64,000 bases of DNA, from positions 4,650,001-4,714,000 of the forward strand of contig CM022677.1 in the NCBI GenBank assembly GCA_012295275.1. Direction: 5' to 3'. The DNA is from Chrysomallon squamiferum. Lineage: Eukaryota; Animalia; Mollusca. The notes under the pieces are model-generated. The model was not told the DNA's origin, did no database searches, and saw only the letters and a program-made list of their open reading frames with translations. This document shows positions 56,677-64,000 of this stretch, piece by piece. Numbering within the stretch: the stretch's first letter is position 1; the number at the start of each line of letters is the position of its first letter. The position numbers were made by a program, and so were the translations under genes.

Positions 56677-57890
56677 CTGTGAAGCAAACAAGAGCACATA
56701 ACTCTAATTTTAAAATAATAAATTCTAACATTTTGTGTTATGCGAGCTTCCATCAATATAAAAAATATTTAAATTGAAAACTGAGATACTATAAATTTAA
56801 ATATTGTATTTTAACAGGAAAACTAGCTATTTTTAAATATCATTTACTATAAAGAATGGTTATATTTTATTAAAGTTAATAAAACAAATTAATTTAATAA
56901 AAACAATAAATAATTGAATGTGCATTCATGTCAATAAACTTGCGGATAGAAACACATACACACATACATTTAGGTTACATGTTCATATATGCATAATATA
57001 AATGTAACCCCCAAAATAAATAACATGATATGTAATTTACCAATACAACTATGTTGCAATTGCTATCAGTACATTTTTTATGTTTACTTCCATAATAATT
57101 ATTATTCATTTGATTATTCTTGATTTTACTATTATTATTATTATTATTATTATTAGTTAGTAGTAGTAGTAGTAGTAGTAGTAGTATTCCTGAGTTTATT
57201 ATTATTAGTAGTATTACAACAAATATATTAAATATATGTTTATCTCTGTGCTACTTCTGCTATTACTGTTACTACTTCCTCTACTACTATTTTAACTACT
57301 TCTTGTATTACCTCTGCATTTGTGTATTTACAAAGACTACATTTAAATAATAAGAAAAAATAAAAATAAACAAAAACAAAGCAAAATCAAATCAAAAACA
57401 AAAATAAATATATAAATTATTTTATTTTATTTTATTTTATTTTAATTTATTTTGTTTCTTAAAAGTTTCAAGTATTTTATTTATTTATTAATTTTTTATT
57501 TTTGTATTAATTTAATTTGATTTTTTTCTATTATTTGTTTTTCTTTACAGTGATACAATATATAATACAGTATTTTGATAAATCGTTTTTGATTCCATTA
57601 TTAAAATTATTTATTACATGTCAACAGAAATGATTTAGCTTGTTCAGTCATTCCTGCATTAGTACAACAGAAGCTCCCATAGATTTGATAGATCCTGTAA
57701 CATCGCCTGCTGATCAGCTTCATAATGCTGAACATGTGGTCTTCCTATTTACACAGAACATTACAGAACATTTGCTTTCTTTTTCAAAAGAACCAAATTT
57801 AATCTCAGGATTTAGGTGTTGAAAAGAGTGCTGGAGATTGACACTCCACTGACTGAACATCGGACCTTATGAAACGTCACAGGAAAACCT

Positions 57891-57930
<40 letters not shown>

Positions 57931-58688
57931 TCCTATTAATATTAACAAAGTACGACTTCCAGTGAGTTAGTTACTGAGCTGACCAGCAAAGGGAAGTAAA
58001 ACATACATGACTCTCAGTCAGTTTCATTGATCAAAGTTGACACTCACAGGCACCCAAAGATTTAAATCTTGGAACAATAACTCATTTCTTTCGTATATTA
58101 CAAATCTTTTTTTTTTTTTTAACAAGAAAGTCACGCACACACACACAAAAATAATAATTTTCCAACAGTTTTGAAGCACTTGACATAGAGATGCTGTTTA
58201 TTTTTTTCCAGATAAATTCCTTCCTTAGATATGAGCTAGCAGCTCAGAAATACTGGTCTTAAACCCCAAATTTGGACGGTATGTTTGTCCATTTTCTTTC
58301 AGTACAATAAAATGCCTAATTGTAGTCCGATTTTTATAATTCAAACTGAATTTTATTCAGAATGAAAAGACCTGTAGGTTGACTAGTGGTGGGGCCAAAT
58401 GACAGAGTTCAACTCACCTGCAGCGAAAAAATACAGTTCACTTCACCATCGTATTCTGACAATAATGTGTATGCTATGTGACCTGAATTCTGATTTTTTT
58501 TGGTTGTAATCAACTGATCATATTATCGGTATTGAATACAGTGCAACAGCCATAAGGGAGACCGGGGCAGGTTGAACCATGTGACAGGTTAGGCCACCTT
58601 ACAATTAACATTGTAGCAATTTGTTTTTTACCATTTAAAAGAAAAAAAATATATATATATATTATTCACTTATTGTTTTGGATTAGCC

Positions 58689-58876
58689 CAGCGATGTGCA
58701 GATGCGGGGGCATCCAATCAGAGGAAAGAACGTAATAAATTTAGTTAATTTACATTCAGATCGAATAATATATTCAAAATATTTTCCTTTCTCTGTGCTG
58801 AGCCTTATACATGAGTCTTTGGTGCATACAGTGGAGGAGCTGGCCCCAGGTGTCGCCAGACCTCTACACGCCACTG
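58689..58876. mobile_element. Mirror copy of the hAT-type MITE
   Basis: GATTAGCC|CAGCGATGTGCAGA..TCTACACGCCACTG|GATGAGCC. Confidence 0.75.
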
Positions 58877-59271
58877 GATGAGCCAGATCTGATATGATGG
58901 CGCTACTTTGCTTTTCAAACTTCCAAGAGATGTTCTCTGATTTGACATTGTAAGCTTTGTGTTTTGGAATATTCGACTTCTTACAAATAGCTAAAGGTTA
59001 ATTACTTTCAAAGGTAATCTTTGTGATGTAGAATTAAGAAAACGCTTCGAAATACGATCACATCTGAACGAGCTGGCAGATGCTGGTCAGCAAGTTGAAA
59101 ACACAAAGCAGACTCTCTGGGGAAGGTCGGGCCGGGGTGGGTTGGGCCATCCTCCAACCAGCCCTAGAGCACACCATTAAATGTTTGTGTAATTGTGTAA
59201 TAACTTTCTTGTACAGTTTTAATCATTCAGTTTCTGATATCAGTGAAATGGTCAACTGGACCTTTAATAAC

Positions 59272-59328
<57 letters not shown>

Positions 59329-59772
59329 CATAATTAATTATTTATCTATTTACTGATTTATTTATTTATTTATATATTAGCATATACCATTAAATGTGTG
59401 TTATTATATACTAATATTTCCGTTACCGTGTTTAAACATGTTACTTGCCGAGCCACAGATTGTGTGCACATCCTTATAACGTCGCTATAGCAATAAAGAA
59501 TAATAGAAAATATAATAACTAAATAAGTGATGTTTCTCTTTCATTCACTTTTACTGGAATTTTTATCCGTGACAAATACAAACACGTCAACAGCGTCGTA
59601 ACTGTGTATTTATCAAATAAATTTAGTAACACTTTATATCGTGAAATATATGTATATTTCCCGTTTAGAATTATTTCATTCCTGAAACAGTCTTGAAGTG
59701 AATTAAAATTATTAGGAATTTTAAAATGATGAGAAGCCAGTTCAATCTGTATTTTTAATATTTTTTCATATA

Positions 59773-59838
<66 letters not shown>

Positions 59839-60819
59839 GATACGAGTTCGAAGGGAAAAAAAAAGTACTGAGTCTGACGAACTGGCTCTGGTTTCAGAAA
59901 ATGAATTCGGGCTCCATGTTGGTAAGATATTAAAACACCCAGTCAAACTTAACCCGTGACAAATACAAAAATGTCAACAACGTGGTGAGATTGCATTTGT
60001 AAAATGAATTGTTGGTTTAGATTCAACTGTTTATCAGTTGCTTTCTAAGTTACTTTGAAATAAATCACATATTTTGTGCTTATTGGAGAGTGTTTATGTT
60101 GTGTAAGAGGCACTGTCGCAAGGTGACCTAAGGTGAACCAATCTACCCCAGGCTGATTAGGCTAGGCCAGTTTGGGTATGTGTCTGTAACCATTAATTAT
60201 TAAAAAAGAATAAATAATCAGGATTTTTCAACCATTTATAATTGCTTCTAAATAATCAAAGTTTCTTTTAATCCACTATAAGGGTTTGTTTTCTGACCTG
60301 TATTTGAATTACAGGTTAAAATTGCAGAACGTTACTCCAGCTGTCCCGATGTCCACAACAATGCACATAAATGATTATGGCGTATGGACTGAATTAATGT
60401 TTGTAGGAGCTTTGGAATTTTTTATGAATAAATTTGAAATTAATCATGAATTTACGGAATGTATAGTTACTTCACGAATAAATAATCTATAATTCAATAA
60501 TCGTAATATATGGCAGTTTGTTGTACAAAAAAATGAATGTATATATAAGATATTTTAAGGATTGGGGTCGCTTCCTGATTGCTTGTTCTAAAATGGGTCG
60601 CTATATTTGAAAGGTTGGGAACCACTGGTCTAAGGTGTAGTCGATAGATTATAAAATAGTTCTGCTTACAAAATATACGTTTTTAAGCTACTGAGAATAA
60701 AAAGCAGTTGATGTAGTCGTACTGTTACTGGAGTGATCGTTACAGTAGTGTGGTAGTAGATGCATTATTGGTGTTTTTTATGTTACTAATAGTGCTTCAT
60801 ATATATATATATATATATA

Positions 60820-62130
60820 TATTTTGTATGTATATGTACACTGAGACACATACACACATACAGAGAGAAAGAGAGAGAGGTGTGTACATATATCTATATT
60901 TATCTATATAGATACATACAGACAGACAGACACACAGACAATGATACACAAATTACACATCACTCACAGATAAAAACATATATATACGTTTGTATGTATG
61001 TATATATACATTGAGACACATACACACATACATACAGAAAGAGAGAGAGGTGTGTACATATATCTATATTTATCTATCTAGATACATACAGACAGACAAT
61101 GATGTACAAATTACACATCACTCACAGATAAAAACATATATATATGTTTGTATGTATGTATATGTACATTGAGACACATACACACATACAGAGAGAGAAA
61201 GAGAGGTGTGTACATATATCTATATTTATCTATATAGATACATACAGACAGACAGACAGACAGACAATGATGTACAAATTACACATCACTCACAGATAAA
61301 AACATATATATATGTTTGTATGTATGTATGTATGTATATGTATTGAGACACATACACACATACAGAGAGATGTCAAATAGAGAGAGGTGTGTACATATAT
61401 CTATATTTATCTATATAGATACATACAGACAGACAGACAGACAGACAATGATGTACAAATTACACATCACTCACAGATAAAAACATATATATATGTTTGT
61501 ATGTATGTATGTGTACATTGAGACACATACACACATACAGAGAGGTGTGTACATATATCTATATTTATCTATATAGATACATACAGACAGACAGACAGAC
61601 AATGATACACAAATTACACATCACTCACAGATAAAAACATATATATATGTTTGTATGTATGTATATGTACATTGAGACACATACACACATACAGAGAGAA
61701 AGAGAGAGTGTACATATATCTATATTTATTTATATAGATACATACATACAGACAGACAGACAGACAGACAATGATACACAAATTACACATCACTCACAGA
61801 TAAAAACATATATATATGTTTGTATGTATATATATGTACATTGAGACACATACACACATACAGAGAGAGAGAGGTGTACATATATCTATATTTATCTATA
61901 TAGATATATACAGACAGACAGACACACAGACAATGATACACAAATTACACATCGCTCACAGATAAAAACATATATATATGTTTGTATGTATGTATATATA
62001 CATTGAGACACATACACACATAGAGAGAAAGAGAGGTGTACATATATCTATATTTATCTATCTAGATACATACATACAGACAGACAGACAATGATACACA
62101 AATTACACATCACTCACAGATAAAAACGCG
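60820..62130. repeat. Same composite satellite, ~8 units in the right arm
   Basis: Reverse complement of the 23410-24030 unit with about twice the copy number. Confidence 0.9.
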
Positions 62131-62581
62131 CTCACTAATATACTGGCTCGCACTCATGGACCTATAAGAACTAATCAAGTGAAAATGTCAAATGTATTAC
62201 GTATTTTGACAGAGTTGCTGTTTCTCAAAGTATTAAAGTCGTTCACTGTGCATTAAAGACACAAGAAACAAAGTTATTTTTTATTAGCGCCAAATCCGAC
62301 TTAGCACATTGTTTAAATTCATTCACGACAGATTTAGTTTTAATAAAGAATCAACAGATTCCTGTCTCTACCGAGTTCAACTCGAGGCTCAAAGTCATAA
62401 ATTTTGTGAAATGAGGAAAACGAAAAAAATGTAAAAACAAAGAAGCTAAATTAATTAATTAAAAATGACAAAAACAACAAAAAATAATAAATAAATAAAT
62501 AAATGTATGAATGAATGAATGAATGAATAATAATAATAATGATAATAAATCACATTTCTCTTTAATACACGATTTATTTCG

Positions 62582-62635
<54 letters not shown>

Positions 62636-62931
62636 TTATACACAGGTGTTAATTTCATTTAAAATTTAACTTTACAAACAATGAATATTCAAAGTAAAAA
62701 TATTACAAAATACTAAACAGATAATCCTAATTTGTATTTAGATTTTATAAAATTTTGTATACTGTTTCTTAAAAGGAAAGTATTAAACAATTTGCGGAAA
62801 TTAATTGTGGTTTGAGACCAAAACACGGTTTACTCTCTATTATTCCAGACGCCGTGTAACAAGAGATGTTAGTTTCATGACGTCAAATTACCTCAAATAT
62901 GTTGTTACGCTGAACATAGATTTTATTAATA

Positions 62932-63090
62932 CAGTGGTACCTTGACTTACGAGTTTAATTTGTTCCATGGCCCAGCTCGTAACTCAATTTGCTCGTATAT
63001 CAAATCAATTTTCCCAACTGAAATTAATTGAAATATCATTAATCCGTTCCAGCCCATCCAAAACCACCCAATTTTTTTGTAACGTGTTTT
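62932..63090 (+). mobile_element. Mirror copy of the Tigger/pogo-like terminal fragment
   Basis: TA|CAGTGGTACCTTGACTTACGAG. Confidence 0.65.
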
Positions 63091-63137
63091 TAAATAAGCA
63101 AAAAGTATGTATAAAGTTAATAGTTCCCTTAAGAAGA

Positions 63138-63198
<61 letters not shown>

Positions 63199-63734
63199 TA
63201 ATTAATTAATAGAAACAAAAAATTCTGTAAAACAATAGATAGTTCATTTATACAGATACAAAATTATTCATGGTATGTATGTAATATGTATATTGCAATC
63301 GGACATTTTATTCAGATCATTTTGTACAGAAATTAATTATTAATCTAATTAGTAAGTTAAAAGCCTTGTTTAACTTGTGGTACATATAAAAATAATGTGT
63401 TATGTAATAAAACAGCTGACGAAATCCCCACGAACGTGTCAACTGCGCATGTGCGAAAAAGTTTCATGGCGATACTGGAGCGCAAATAACTGCATCGATC
63501 GAAGGTAGGATGAAAAACTACTTTTTGAGCTGAAATCTCGCTGATGATTTTCCAAAACATGTTCAGTTTTAACTTTTGTATCCGTGGTAAATCAATGAAT
63601 GTCTCTTTTGGGGTCTTTTAATAGATGAATTAATAAAAAACTGGCGAGGAAAATTTCAGTAAAACAAAATTAGTCACCAACAACTTTAAAAGTGCTAATT
63701 ATAATTATTACATTAATATAGTTGGGTTTTTTTC

Positions 63735-63774
<40 letters not shown>

Positions 63775-64000
63775 AAGTTATTTCAGATTTTACAGTTTGA
63801 GATGGATAAATAATAAAAGTGTCTTCGAAATAATATTTTAACCTTAAACCTGTTATCGTACACTATTTATTTTCGACATACATTTAATAAAGGATAATAA
63901 ATTATAATACATTTTTGTTACCATGTCCCATGCTTTGAGCTTTTGTTATAATGAACGTTTGTTAATGTATTTTTGATGTTAAATTATTTCAGTTAAAACG

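Overview
AT-rich, microsatellite-dense animal genomic DNA with spliceosomal introns; the gene families present suggest a mollusc. It is not prokaryotic, and almost all short ORFs in the supplied track are repeat artefacts. The first third holds one intact intronless Frizzled-9/10-type gene (12569-14194), an innexin with a 5-nt first coding exon and a single 1-nt frameshift (21547-19627, minus), and two intron-bearing broken gene fragments: a WWE-PARP12-like gene (+) and the last three exons of a tyrosine decarboxylase (-). The remaining two-thirds is a giant inverted duplication: about 21585-41315 mirrors about 42655-64000 and probably continues beyond the window. Its ~1.3 kb spacer contains a 200-N scaffold gap, so it may be a true palindrome or an inverted haplotig. 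Each arm carries an older ~2 kb direct duplication with TIR-domain exons, a decayed BEL/Pao retrotransposon, a Ngaro/DIRS-type tyrosine-recombinase retrotransposon with an SGNH hydrolase ORF, hAT and Tigger relics and minisatellites. I cannot demonstrate a new biological system. The best leads are the palindrome itself, the one-strand bias of the TE relics (possible piRNA or hairpin-RNA locus) and the divergent but intact Frizzled.
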